Assembly: GCF_009914755.1 (NCBI RefSeq)
Contig: NC_060925.1
Length of the DNA stretch: 64,000 bases
DNA from: the human T2T-CHM13v2.0 reference genome, Homo sapiens
Reading direction: 5' to 3' (one strand)
This document shows positions 1 to 17,347 of the stretch, one piece after another; within the stretch, counting starts at the first letter, position 1; every line of letters starts with the position of its first letter. The notes under the pieces were generated by a model. That model was not told the DNA's origin, did not search any database, and was given only the letters and a program-made list of their open reading frames with translations. The translations under genes and the position numbers were made by a program.

Positions 1-129
1 GTGGAGGGGAATGAAAGTAGAATCTGCACACGTCAGTCCAAGCGAATGCCCCGAAAGAGATGGGCCTCTGGCTGCAGCAGTGTAGACTCCCCTTCTCCCC
101 TCTGCCCTCCTACGTACTGGGTGCCACAA

Positions 130-1112
<983 letters not shown>

Positions 1113-1173
1113 TCCAGAGGCGGATTTGAATCCCAATATGTCTGACTCCAAAGCTCAAGGAAGACCCAGGGTA

Positions 1174-1489
<316 letters not shown>

Positions 1490-2574
1490 ACCCAGGGTAA
1501 AAGATGAGGGCACGACCCATGGACACCATCCTGGCATCCAGACCTCCTGCCCCAGCTGGTCTGGAGCCTCTGACCTAGGCGGCAGGAATTCAGGCATCCT
1601 AGCCTGGCATGAGCTGCTAGGCTGTAGGCTGCAGCCATAAGCAACCCCCATTCAGAAACAGCCTCCACACGCACAGCCTCATCCGTCCTCAGAGGCAGCC
1701 TGTGAAGTGGGAAGGGAGGCGATTGCCATTCCATTTCCAAAAACTCCCAGGTTGCAGAACGGCAGGAGGAGGGGCAGGTCTGGCAGAGATAGATTTCCAG
1801 GCTGAGAGTAGATTCGGGCCGAGAGTAGAGAGGAGACTTACCCAAGGCCATGCGGCTTGTAAGTTGGACCCAGGAGTAGAACTGGCAAGCCAGGGTTTTG
1901 AATCAGTATTTGTGGGGTGGGGTGGACTCTGTGTGCTCTCTTGTGGACCTCCCGACACTCTGCCATGGCCTGGTCCAGCTGTGGGCTCTGCACCGCCACG
2001 GAGGGAGAGAAGGCCATGCTGCCCCTCCCTCCCCACCCACATAAGCGTGCACACTCCATTCTGCTCCAGCTGTTGGAGAGTCTGGGGCGGGCCGCATGAG
2101 GCACCTGTTAGTGAGATGATGGATGTGCCGTTTGCTTCCAGGAGAAGGAGCCACAAAAGGGGATCCAGGGAAGGGACAGCACCAGGGCTGTGTGCTGGGA
2201 GAGGGGGTCCTGCTATGGTGCCCAGCAGCCTTTTTTGGAGTCACTGACAGATGGGGAGTGCAGAGGAGGGCAGGGGCGGAGGGAAGGTGAGATCTCCCAG
2301 TCTGATGGAGGAGGCCCAATTTCTGCCTTCAAGGAACTATTGGTCTGATAGGGGAGGCACCGCTTCTGTTTCCAGCCTGATAGAAGAAGCACAGCTCCTA
2401 CCTCAAGGAGCTCCCAGTCTAGTGAGGTGACAATCCTGGCCCTTGGGGTCATCTCAGTCTCATGAAGACAATAGAAAAATATTAGAAAGCCTTGGTGTAG
2501 TTTTGAATCACTGGAAACTCTGTTTAAAAACTTAGAAAGCGACATCTGCATCAAGGACTGATGTTGTGTGACAG

Positions 2575-2795
2575 GGAGTGTGGCCTTATGGGAGGTACAC
2601 TGGTTCTGGAGTCACATCGGCTTGGGTTGGAATCCCTGCCCCACTGCCGACAAACTGTGTGACCTTGGCTCTGTTACTCTGCCTAGTGAGACTATTTTCT
2701 CACCAAATACAGGGTTAATATTTAAATGAATGAATACTCCTAAAGCCCCAAGTACAGTCTTTGGCTGTGAGCACCCAAAGCATGGTAGCTACTCT
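2575..2795 (+). mobile_element. MIR
   Basis: TCTGGAGTCACATCGGCTTGGGTTGGAATCCC...TGTGTGACCTTGG matches the MIR 5' part and core. Confidence 0.7.
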
Positions 2796-2801
2796 GATTG
2801 A

Positions 2802-3174
<373 letters not shown>

Positions 3175-3994
3175 ACCCTTCAGAGTTCCCCTGGAGGAGC
3201 TCAGCCACTGAATTGTTCTCAGCCCTTTTGGGCCTCCTCACCTCTCCTTGCACCTTTCCTGGGCAGCTGAGCCAAGCTGCTCAGGAGTGATGGTGCATTC
3301 AAAGCAAGAGGACGTGTTTAAAGGCTGTAATGGAAAGGTGTAATGAAGATAATTAAAGTAGATAGAAGACACCCGCTGGAAGAGCTTATAATGGAAAAGC
3401 CATCAGGTTTGAGTAACCCCGTGCTCCCCAGTCATGAATACTCTCTGCAATGGCTACATCAGTTGCTCCCGGTCACCTGTCATGGCAACGTTCAATGCAG
3501 ACAAATTGGATGCTGGAGCCAGGCCAGACAGGCAGAAGTGAGAGTGTTAGCAAGCACCATGGACAGGCGAAGAGGCAACAAACAGGGACTGCAGAGGTTG
3601 GGAAAGGCTAGGAAGCTCCAAGAGTCTTGGAATGTGGCCTGGGAACCAAGCCAAGCTGCTGGGAGCTATTCCTCTTTGGATGCGTCAGGTGGGCTTAAGG
3701 GCTGGACACTGCCTGATCCCCTCCCTGAGCTGGCTTCTCTGGCCTTGACCTCCAGCCCACCTGACCCTAGTGACATGCCATTCCCTCTACTTAAACTCCC
3801 AGCCTTTGCCATATGTGGCTTGGGTCCCACGGCAGAGCCGATGGGCGTTGTTGATACTAGGACAAGTAGAACCAAATGGAGACCAGTGGGAAGTTGGAGG
3901 ATCACAGACCCAAGGTCTGGCATGGCAAGAGAGAAGTCTGGAGGGTGACCAGAACTGGCAAGGGGGAAGGTTTCCCAAGCTGACTGTTCCTCTT

Positions 3995-4215
3995 ATTGTT
4001 ATTTATTGAACAACTGCTATGTTTTGTACACTGTGCTAATTATGTGCGTTATCACGTCGAATCTTCCCAACCACCCTATGAGTGGGTGTAACCATTATCT
4101 CCACTTTACAGATGAGGCAACCAAGGTCCAGAGAGGCTAAGTCACTTTCCCAAGTCACACAGCTACTCCGTGATGAAGCCAGGCTCAGATGCAAGTCTGT
4201 CTCGTCCCAAAGGCA
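3995..4215 (-). mobile_element. MIR
   Basis: CCACTTTACAGATGAGGCAACCAAGGTCCAGAGAGGCTAAGTCACTTTCCCAAGTCACACAGCTA is the antisense MIR core. Confidence 0.85.
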
Positions 4216-4889
4216 GTATTCCAAGCAGGCTGATCCTAGGGGAAAGACCGTGGGTGGGCCTCCCAGGAAAATGATAGGGGTGGGGGAGTCAGAGCTGAGA
4301 CATGGGAGGTTGGAGTCCTCTCCATGGGCAGGGCTTGTCTGGACCCTCACTCCATCTGCAGACTCAGAGGTAGGCCTGTAGGATGGAGTCTCCTCTGGCT
4401 GAAGGGCGCAGCCCTTTGACCCCAAGGAAGTGCCCTTCCTGGTTGGGTTCATTATTTTATCCACCATCTGTGCCTTGGAATGCTCCAGATATGACCAGCT
4501 CTGCTAGCTCACCATGGGACACCGGGGGACACTTGATGACAATCTCAATCACCATCCAGTGGTAGCCCCCTCCAGGTCAGTTTCCCCAAGGGTTTTCACT
4601 CTTGGACTTGCCTCCCGGGACTCAGTCTTGGGCCTGACTCTGGTTCCTCTGTTCAGCATGTACAGCTCTTGCTACTGGCTTTAGACTTTCTCTCCCTCCC
4701 ACCCCTACCTACTCCTGGGTCCTCAGAATGCGCATCTGGTCCAGTATGGCTTCAGAGTCTGCCTGGGCCACTGGCTCTTTACCCATCCAGAGGTGTCTGG
4801 TCCCTGGCCTGAAGGGGCTGTCTCTCCTATTTTTTGAACTCTACGTTGACAAGAATAGTGATGGGAAGGGTTAAGGCAAGTGTGGTGCC

Positions 4890-5292
4890 TGGGAGGAGGG
4901 GGGCAGGGGGAGAGAGAGAGAGAGAGAGATGGGGGAGGGGGAGAGGAAGGGAGAGGGAGAGGGGGAGGAGAGAGATGGGGGAGGAGGAGAGGAGAGGGAG
5001 AGGGAGAGAGAGAAAGATGGGGGAGGGGGACAGGAGAGGGAGAGAGAGAGAGAGATAGGGGAGGGGGACAGGAGAGGGAGAGGGAGAGAGAGAGAGATGG
5101 GGGAGGGGGAGAGGAGAGGGAGAGAGAGATGGGGAGGGGGAGGGGAGAGGGCGAGGGAGAGGGAGAGGAGAAGAGAGAGAGGGGGGAGAGAGACAGATGG
5201 GGAGGGGGAGGGGAGAGGGAGAGGAGGTGGAGAGGGGGAGAGAGAGATGGGGGAGGGGAAGGGGGAGGGGGAGAGGGAGAGAGAGAAAGAGA
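4890..5292. repeat. GA-rich polypurine minisatellite-like array
   Basis: About 400 bp that is almost purely purine. AGATGGGGGAGGGGGA(G/C)AGG-like units recur about 8 times. Confidence 0.95.
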
Positions 5293-5829
5293 AACAACCC
5301 AGCAGGCTGTTCCCTCCAAATCCCCACTCCCCAGGACAGGGCTGCTGACAGATAAATGGGCAAAACAGCACAAAGGTGCGTACTGACATAGAGTTATTTC
5401 AAAGTGATTATCTGGGATAACAGTAATTATGTCCAAGAACAGAGAAGGTCAAACTGGCTGGTCCCACTGCTCAACTCCAACAAGACTCTTGCCAAGAGAA
5501 CGCTGCTGTGTGGAAGGAGTGGCAGAGGGAGGAGCAGGGAGGTGGGAAGAGGGAGGAGCAGGTGGAGGAAGGCCTGGGACAGAGCCTAGTCCTTGACCAG
5601 GGACTCAGAGGAGGCATTGAGCCCCTGGAGAAAGCTTACCTCTTAGTTCCTTGGGTTCCCCAGGAAGCCTGGCTTTGGTTGGTTCTTGGATGTGGTGTGA
5701 GGGTGACTCTCTTTCCCTAGCAGCCTTAGGATGTACCTCAGTGGTGATGGTGGCTGGGATAAGCCCTACCCTCTTTTCTTCCCTTCATTTCTTCTCTGCC
5801 TCTGTCTCTTCCTTCTCTCAGGCCCACAC

Positions 5830-6760
5830 ATGTGTTCATCCATCCAATCATGTTACCATCTATCTACCCAGACACCCTTCCATCCTAACCCACCCACCCA
5901 CTCATCCATCTACCCACCCACCCTCCCACCTATATCCACCTGTCATTGTCTGCCTTCCCACATTTTCAGTCTACTACTATCCATATGTCTACTCATTCAT
6001 CCTTCCAGATGATCATGTTAACACCCATCCATGCATCCATGTGCCGCTGCTCACATTTTCATTTTTCTCCTTATCTATCCATCACCTTTCCACCCTTTCA
6101 TTCATCTCACCCCATCCACCCTTCACTTTCCACTTTTCCACCTATTCATCTACCTACCAATTCTCCCTTCACCCTTCCCTGTACCCTCCCCTCCCTGCCA
6201 CCATTCATTGTCTACCCGTCTACCCATACACCCATCTCCCTTTTCATCCTTCTACCTTTTCTCTTCCATTCATTCATCTATCCAGACTTCATGTTCACTC
6301 ATCCACCTATCCACCTATCCAACCTTCCATTCATCCATCCATTCATCTATCCATCCATCCACCTACCTGCCTATTCACCTATCCACTCACCCACCGACCC
6401 ACCCACCAATTCACCTGTCCATTCACCCACCCATCCACCTCTTCATCAAGCCACCCATCCACTTCTCTACCCATTCACCCATCCACCTCTCCAGCTCTCC
6501 ACCCATCCACCTCTCCACCCATCCATCCATCCACCCACCTATCCATCTATCCACTCATCCACCTATCCACCCATCCACCTACCCACCCATCCACCTCTTC
6601 ACCCATCTACCTATCCATCTATCCACCCATTCAGCTATCCACCTATCTACCCACCCACCTATTTACCCATCCATCTATTCCCCCATCCATTCATCCACCC
6701 ACCCACCCGTCCTTTTTACCACTCCTGGTTTGTCCATATATCCCTCCATCTACACTAATT
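5830..6760. repeat. Degenerate (CCAT/CCAC)n simple repeat
   Basis: About 900 bp of CCATCCAC/CTATCCAT tetramers. It is the source of the H/P/S-rich ORFs. Confidence 0.93.
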
Positions 6761-6934
6761 CTTTCACCTCCTGTGTGAACCTTAAGCCTACTCAGTGCTC
6801 TTCATAAGCCCCATCATTTCCTATTTCCGTTAGTTTGTTGATGCTCTCTACCATGTCTCTCATGTTCTCCACCTGAACTCTGATTGTTGAAATCATACTC
6901 ACTCTTCAAGGTTTTATTTAAAAACTCTATTTCG

Positions 6935-7180
6935 AGCAAGCAGAGAACACTAGAAAATAGGTGACTCTGCAGCCAGAAATGAGTGTTATCATTCTGGCTC
7001 AGCTATTCATTGGCTGCATGACCTTGGGAAGGTTGCTCAGCCTCTCCAAGTCTCAATTTCCTTTTATGGAAAAGGGGCTAATGATACCTACTTTGTGAAA
7101 TAATTGAAGGGTTAAATAAAATTGTCTATAAAGTGCCCAGCAACATACATGGCACCCAGGGGATACTCAACAAATACTAA
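6935..7180 (+). mobile_element. MIR
   Basis: GGCTGCATGACCTTGGGAAGGTTGCTCAGCCTCTCCAAGTCTCAATTTCC...GTGCCCAGCAACATACATGGCAC. Confidence 0.8.
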
Positions 7181-7799
7181 ACTCCATTGAAGTGGAAATG
7201 CGAAATTGATTAAAGACCCTCCTGTATATGTGAGATGGCTCTCAAGGTATATATGAGATGGCTGGCTGGGGGCAGACGTGCTTCCTGAGGCTGACTTCTG
7301 CTTTTGTTCTCTGCTTTGCATGGTCTCCACTCCAACCACTGATACAATCTTCAGAGTATTAAAAGCAGAGACAAAGGGTGGGCAATATAGACAGCAGGAC
7401 ATGGTTAAATCAACTTCATCTCAGCAGGGGGCCTGGGATGATACTGCTGGCATCATGCCAACTGCTCATTAGAGACGAGAGACCTGCTCTGACATGCATA
7501 TCAATGACTCCAATGGGCTGGGCTTTGATATTTCCAAAGGGAGCTAGATGTCTGTGGGGGAGTCCTTTGACTGAATCCTGTGGTCAGAGAGGCCCCCTGC
7601 AGAGATGAACAGGTCAGCTAGGCCCCAAACGGAATGTGTGCTGAATTTCCCATCCCCCATAGGGAAGCATCAGAAAGTGCAAGGCTGGTGCTGGCTTCTG
7701 AAGCGAGACGTCTTTTTTTGAGTGAAGATGGTTTTCTCTCAGTTATGTATGGCCTAGTGGAGAGTTTGAAAACCATACTCTTTGATTATGTGACCATAA

Positions 7800-9130
<1,331 letters not shown>

Positions 9131-9837
9131 TTTCTCATTTAAATAAGTTTGTTTCCCCCCCTGGCACTCTCAACTCTGGGGGTTGAGGAGAGCATCATGC
9201 CAAATTATTAGCTGGAGAGATGGAGAAAAACACTTTGGCTTTGAACTTTTGCTGAGGTAGTCTCCAAGGCGGGTAATCCACAGATCTGAGCTGGTGCCAT
9301 ACTCCCTGAAGAACAGACGGGAAAATGTGATTTTCTGCACCATTCGCTTGAGAGACAGGTGGTGGAAACTGACCTAGGTTCAAGTTCAAGTTTTACCATT
9401 TAGTAGTGATGTGAACTGGCCTTGTCCTCCTGAGCCTTTTGAGTCAATTGAATAATTTATTAACTCAATAGAAATGTATTGAGTACCCATTTTATGCAGG
9501 TACTAGAGATAGAGACATAAATCACCAGACAAAAAAATCCCTCTTTGCTTATAGCCTGTGTTCTTTCTGGATGAAGTATTCAACTGTCTGCCATACAGCA
9601 AGAGCTTTTCAATGGTGACTTACTTATTATTTAGGTATTATTTCCTCCTCCCTCAGAGGCTGGATGAGGTGACAGTGGATGGGATTCTGGTCTTTTTTAA
9701 GACAAGGACTTATTGCTACCAAAAGCACAATATTCTCTTTCATAAGGGTTTGACATTTGTAACTTTTTAAAATAGAAATTGACTCCCTGCCCTGGTATGG
9801 TTTGTCTTCCCTGGATTTCACATCATCTGTGTGTTAA

Positions 9838-9940
9838 CAATCCACCATCCACCCACCCCATCCATCCACCCCATCCATCCATCCATCCCTTCCATCCATC
9901 CATCCATCCATCCATCCATCCATCCATCCATCCATCCATC
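9838..9940. repeat. (TCCA)n microsatellite
   Basis: Read directly from the sequence. Confidence 0.95.
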
Positions 9941-10148
9941 TGGGAGGAGTGTGTCTCCAGTTCCAGTGTTTCCTTCACAGGTGGCTCAATTAGTATAATT
10001 CTTGGCCTCTCTCCATTCTGTCCCAGGGGTGTGGAGTGGTTGATCTGATTGGTGATTTTGGCTCACGCAGCCTGGCCCTTTCCCTCTTCCCCCGGCTGAA
10101 AGCTTGCTGTCCGCAGGGGGCAGGCATTGCTCTCTGGTCTTCTATGAC

Positions 10149-10593
10149 CTCTGCTATCCAATATGGTAGCCACTCACCACTTGTGACTATTAGCATTTGC
10201 AATGTGGCTAGTCCAAATTGACACATGCTGTTAATTTTGGGAGGCCTAGGCAGGAGAATCTCGTGAGCCTAGGAGGTCTAGGCTGCCATGAGCCATGATT
10301 GCACCACTGCACTCCTGCCTGGGCAACAGAGCTAGACCCTGTCTCAAAAAAAAAGTGCTGTTAGGATAAGATGCACTCTGGAATTTGAAAACTAGTATTC
10401 AAAAAGAATGTAAAATAGCTCATCAATAATTTTTTATATTATGTGTTTAAATGATAATGTTTTAGAGATACTGGGTTAAATACAATATATTATTAAAATC
10501 AATTTCACCTGTTTCTTTTTAAAAAATGTGGCTGCATGAAAATTTAAAGTAACATATATGTGGCTTGCATTATATTTCTATTGGACAGTGCTG
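10149..10593 (-). mobile_element. MER33 (hAT-Charlie MITE), interrupted by an Alu monomer
   Basis: Ends are CTCTGCTATCCAATATGGTAGCC and TATTGGACAGTGCTG. Flanks TTCTATGAC / ATCTAGAC resemble the Charlie NTCTAGAN target. Confidence 0.85.
10235..10354 (+). mobile_element. Alu right-arm monomer (FRAM or truncated AluJ)
   Basis: Single arm plus A tail. TSD TGCTGTTA at 10226-10233 and 10356-10363. Confidence 0.9.
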
Positions 10594-11065
10594 ATCTAGA
10601 CGTGAGCTTTGTTCCTGTGAGGGGGCTGGGAGGCGGGTGGCCTGCCTCACTCAGTCTGTCTGTGATGAGCTGGGCTGGTGGGCTTGATTCGGGAGTTCAC
10701 TGCATAGGCCCACTTGCTTTTCACACTATTCTATGTTCTGTTTTCTAAATTAGCCTTTATCTATACCAGAGCTGACATGTTGGCCTCCATCTGTGAATCC
10801 TTTGTCTTATTTCCCAATTTGTTCAGAACTTAAGTGGAGAAGAGGCAAGGTCTTTGTGGGAGTCTTTAAGGACCCCCTGCCTGTGCTGAGCACAAAACAG
10901 TCAAACAATTCAGCTTGATATCTAGTCTTAAAACGGAACTGAAACTTACAATGGTTGTCAGGCTGGAAAAATTCATATGTACACATAGACCCCCAATTTT
11001 GCTTATGATTTTAGGGAGATACCTGGGTTTCTGGAAGAACATCCCTGGGCCTTGTAAGGGTCCTA

Positions 11066-11644
<579 letters not shown>

Positions 11645-12799
11645 AGGTGGAGGGAGCTGCATCTGGCTAGATTCAGGCAACACCGTGGGACTGGCCTACT
11701 TCTAAACAGACTGTGGGCTCTGTGAATACCGAGGCCATATCTTACTCATCCTTGAATCCCCACCTGCCCCAGTGCCTGGCCTGTTCCCCCTTGTCCTGCC
11801 TGGTGCTGGACCCAGGATAGTTTTGTTGAACAGAGACTGAGTATAGGAATTAAACACCCCTCCCCCATCATTTTCCCCTTCCCATTGGCATGTAAAACTC
11901 ACTCTTGTACGTAGTCCTAAATTTTCTATTAGGCCCTGGGGGACATGGCAGCTTTAATTATTTTAAATTCAGACTCTGCTGAGACATCTTCTTCACTTCC
12001 TGACAAGAAATCACTGCTTCTGAGCAAGCAAGAAAAAAATGTCCCCGAAAAGCCTCAAGCCAGTTGTTCCTGGAGGTCCCTGCTGGCCTCTGCTTCCTGC
12101 CCCTGTGGCTGGCAATTGTGGATCTGACCGATGCACTTGAGCTGCACACAAGCATCCTGCCCCATACCCCACAGACCCCTTCTCTTGGCCTATGAGTGGC
12201 TTTGCTGCCTCAGCACAAACCCAGGATCAGGGATCTTCATGGCCTCCAGAGAGCCTGCTCCAGAGTGACTGGATTCTAGCCCCCTCGGTGACTCAGGAGT
12301 TGGGCAAGAGCTGGCTTCCTGGAGAATGAATCAATATGAAATCAGACAACAAAAAGGGCAAGAGCTTAAATGTCAGCCAGAGCCTACTGAAATCCCAGAT
12401 TTCACACTCTTATCGGCTGTGTGATTGCCTGCAAGTGGCTTTCCCTCTCTGAACCTCATTTCTCATTTGGAAAGTGGGTACGTGGGTTGATTATCTCTAA
12501 GGACCTTCCTGCACTGATGCTTGAGGATAATTTTTAGTCCACATGGCGGACATTGGCTCTTGGTTCACTTTGTCCTAGCAAATTTACTTTCCATCATACA
12601 GGGATTGGGGACAAATTATTCCAGGTCAGTCCTAGTGTCTATTTTGAGGTTTTTACTCCAGCCTTCTTCTGCCTCCTGTGTCCTCTCTGTTTTAATTTCT
12701 AGGCTCAGCAAACACCTGAGTGATGACAGCTGTTTTGCAATTATTTCATTCTCACTTTGCCTCTCTATACCTCAGTTTTCCCATCTGCACAATAGACAT

Positions 12800-12960
12800 A
12801 ATAATTAGTTTCTACCTAACAGGGTAGCAGTAATCATGATTATCTCCTTTTTGTAGATGAGGACTTGGAAGCATAGAGAGGCAACATGCCTTGCCCAAGG
12901 TGGCCTCACAGCCCATGGCAGAGCTAGGATTAAAATCTAGGGAGGGTCAGGCCTGGGACT
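12800..12960 (-). mobile_element. MIR
   Basis: TTTGTAGATGAGGACTTGG...TTGCCCAAGGTGGCCTCACAGCCCATGGCAGAGCTAGGATTAAAATCTAGG. Confidence 0.7.
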
Positions 12961-13224
12961 TTACCCATTTTGAGACAGGTCTTCCAAGTCAGAGAGCCTC
13001 TGCAGATGGACCCACAGGTAGGAACATGCATGTCCTTACCTGTAAGTGTGATGCTCGAGGGTCCACTGGTACATGCCTGCATTCACTCAACAAATGTTGA
13101 CAGAGCACTGAGGGTGTGGCAGGCACCATGTGGGAACAAAAGCGCTGCCCTTGCAGTAGGAGATGGATTCTGATCCTAATAACATGTACATCATAGTGTG
13201 TGTGAGAGGTGAGAGGTGTCATCA

Positions 13225-13680
<456 letters not shown>

Positions 13681-13792
13681 GTATGTGAGAAGGTGAGAGG
13701 TATCATATTGCCGGGAGGACAGAGCACGGTAAGGGTGATCAAGAGAAAGGAAAAGGGAAAAGCAATTTTAAATAGGGCAATAATAGTAGGCC

Positions 13793-14222
13793 TAATATAG
13801 TTTGGATATTTGCTCCCTCCAAATCTCATGTTGATATGTGATCCTCAGTGTTGGAAGTGGGGCCTGGTGGGAGGTGTTTGAGTCATGGCGGTGGATCCCT
13901 CATGAATGGCTTGGTGCTATCCTCATGATAATGAGTGAGTTCTCACTTTATTCGTTCATGCGAGGGCTGGTTGTTTAAAAGAGCCTGGCCCCTCCTCCCT
14001 TCTCTCTTGCTCTCTCTTGCTCCCTTTCTTGCCAAGTGACACACCTGCTTCCTCTCCACATTCTGCCAGAAGTAAAAGCTTCCTGAGGCTTCACTGGAAG
14101 CTGAGCACATGCTAACGCCATGCTTGTACAGCCCGCAGGACTGTGAGCCAAATAACCCTCTTTTCTTTCTATGTTATCCAGAGTTAGGTATTCCTTATAA
14201 TGACATGAAGTGGACTAACACA
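13793..14222 (+). mobile_element. MST-family (MaLR) solo LTR
   Basis: ATATAGTTTGGATATTTGCTCCCTCCAAATCTCATGTTG...GGACTAACACA. 5-bp TSD AGGCC at 13788-13792 and 14223-14227. Confidence 0.92.
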
Positions 14223-14241
14223 AGGCCTAACCAAGAAGGTA

Positions 14242-14330
14242 TTAGGTTGGTGCAAAAGTAATTGTGGTTTTTGCAATTAATAATGCAATTAACAATGGCA
14301 AAAACCACAATTACTTTTGCACCAATCTAA
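14242..14330. mobile_element. MADE1 (Hsmar1 MITE)
   Basis: Terminal inverted repeats (TIRs) TTAGGTTGGTGCAAAAGTAATTGTGGTTTTTGC / GCAAAAACCACAATTACTTTTGCACCAATCTAA, with TA on both sides. Confidence 0.95.
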
Positions 14331-15953
14331 TAACATTTAAGCAAAGACTTGAAGGAGGTGAGGGAGTTGACAATATGGCTATTTGAGTGAAGAGTGTTCC
14401 AGGCAAATGGAACAGCCAGTGCGAAGGTCCTGGGGCAGGCATGTGCCTGGCATGTTGAAAGAACAGCAAGGAGATCAGTGGGGCTGGTGCGGGAAGAACA
14501 GAGTTTTAGGGACCTTCTCAGAGAAGGTCAGGGGAGTAATGGGAGTGAGACTGTGTAGGGCTCTGTGGCTCAGAGTGAGGACCTGTGCCTTGACTGACAG
14601 CTCAGAGTAGAGTGAGCACCTTGTCTCTACAAACAGGTCGCTTATCCAGGGGGCCTAGCTCCGATGGAGGGAGCTCTAGGACTCCTTGACAGCAGGGCAG
14701 TCTCTGTGGAGTCCTGGGGTGTGGGGGCCCTGTGGCCTTGCCTCCTGGAGGTCCCAGAAGCATCCAGAACCCAGCACTCAAGCCCAAGGCTGAGCTTGCC
14801 GGGGCCCAGGGCCCAGCTTGGGCTCCCTGGACACACCAGCTCCTCAAGTCAGAGTTTCTCCTCCCCTCCCCAACAGCCTGGAGCTTTTCATCTTATGCTT
14901 TGTCCCCTTGGGCAATTATTTATTATTTCCTTCTCCAAAGTGTTTCTGAGACACGGCTCTTATGAAAGATGCTACACTGAATAAAGTGGGACGGCATCAT
15001 AATTCACCCCAGCTCCAGCTGAAATATTTGAACGACAACACATTACTGTCCAATTTCGCTGCTCTCTGCTTCGAGGGAGAGGCAGGAACCCCCACTCAGG
15101 GTGTTCTGAGCTCTTTGCAGAATTGAATGAAATGGGTTTGGCAGCTGTGGTGCTGAACGGGAGCCACAGGGAGCCGCAGGTGGGGGACCGTCATTCAGCG
15201 TGACTGAGAGGACCCTCTGCTTTGCTCCCCTGCCTGCCCTATCAGCCTGGGAGGTCCTGCAGGGCAGAGATCCCAACTTTTCCTCCTTTCTTGGGATCTC
15301 CCAAGGGGCCTGGTCCGGGATGCTTAGAGAAGTGTGGTGGAAAGACCACAGCTCTGGGGTCAGGCTGGTTTAAGCCCCAGCGCTATCTCTTGCTAAGCTG
15401 TATTATCTTGGACCAACCCCCTGGGCCTCAGTCTCTGTACCTCTGTAATGTGGATACAGATATCTACTTAAAATTTAGGCTATGAGGGTCACCATGAGAT
15501 AGTGCATGTTAGTTATCTATGGCTGTGTAACACATGACCCCAAGATTAGCATCTTAAAACAGCAAACATATATTCTTTCACAGTTTCTGAGGGTGGGGTA
15601 CTGGGAGCATCTCAGCTGGGTGATTCTGGCTCAGAGTCTCTTGAAGGTTTTTTCAGTCAAGACGTCAGCAGGCCTTGTAGTCATCAAAGGCTTGCCTGGA
15701 CCCAGGGGAGCTGCTTCCAATGTGGCGCACTCACATGGCTATTCCAGGCAGCCTCATTTCCTCCTGGCTTTGTGGAGGCTTCACTTCTTCATGACTTGGA
15801 CCTTTCCACAGGGTTGCAAGTGACACAGCAGTGGGCAACAAATGGTCAAGAAAGTGCAAGAGCTACGCAGGTGGCAGCTGTGAGGTCTTTCCCCCCGCCA
15901 GTGGTTTTAATAAATTTATAGAGTTGTGCAGCCATCACCACAACCAGTTTTAG

Positions 15954-16365
<412 letters not shown>

Positions 16366-17017
16366 TGTTCTGCTTTCTGTCTATACAGGTTTGCCTTTTC
16401 TGGTCACTTCGTTGAAATGGAATCATAGAATAGGCAATGTTTTCTTTCTGGATTCTTTCATTTAGCAAAATGTTTTTGAGGTTCAGCTATGTTGTTGCAG
16501 GGATCAAGAGCTATTTCTTCTTATTGCCAAGTAGCATCCTGTTGAATGGATATACCACATTTTGTTTACCCATTGGTTTGTTGATGAGCATTTAGAGTAT
16601 TTCCAGTTTTTGCCTGTGATGAATGACATAGCTATGAGCATTCACATGCAAATCTTTCTGTGGACATGTTTTCATCTCTCTTGGGTCAATTCCTAGGAGT
16701 GGGCTTGCTGGGTCTTGACAAATTATTGTTTATCTTTTATAAGAAACTGCCAAATTGTTTTCCATTTTAAATTTCCACCAGCAATGCATAAGGGTTGCGC
16801 TTCCTCTATATCCTCAACACTTGGTATTATCTGTCTTTTTGATTAAAGTCGTTCCAGCAGATGTGTAGTGGTATCTCATGGTGGTTTTTATTTGCATTTC
16901 CCTGATGATTAATTATGTTGAGCATTTTCTCATGTGCTTGTTTGCTGTTTGTATATTATCTTTAATGAAATATGTATTGAAATCTTTTGCCTATTGGATT
17001 TTTTGTCTTATTACTAA

Positions 17018-17347
<330 letters not shown>

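Noticed and set aside
3343-3948. 201-aa ATG-initiated ORF
   Set aside because: No family resemblance, convincing codon bias or splice context. Compatible with chance.
4723-5436. Pro/Ser/Leu-rich and Gly/Glu/Arg-rich ORFs
   Set aside because: Translations of the stop-free GA tract.
5651-6807. Longest ORFs (258-375 aa, His/Pro-rich)
   Set aside because: Translations of the CCAT/CCAC simple repeat, open in all three frames.
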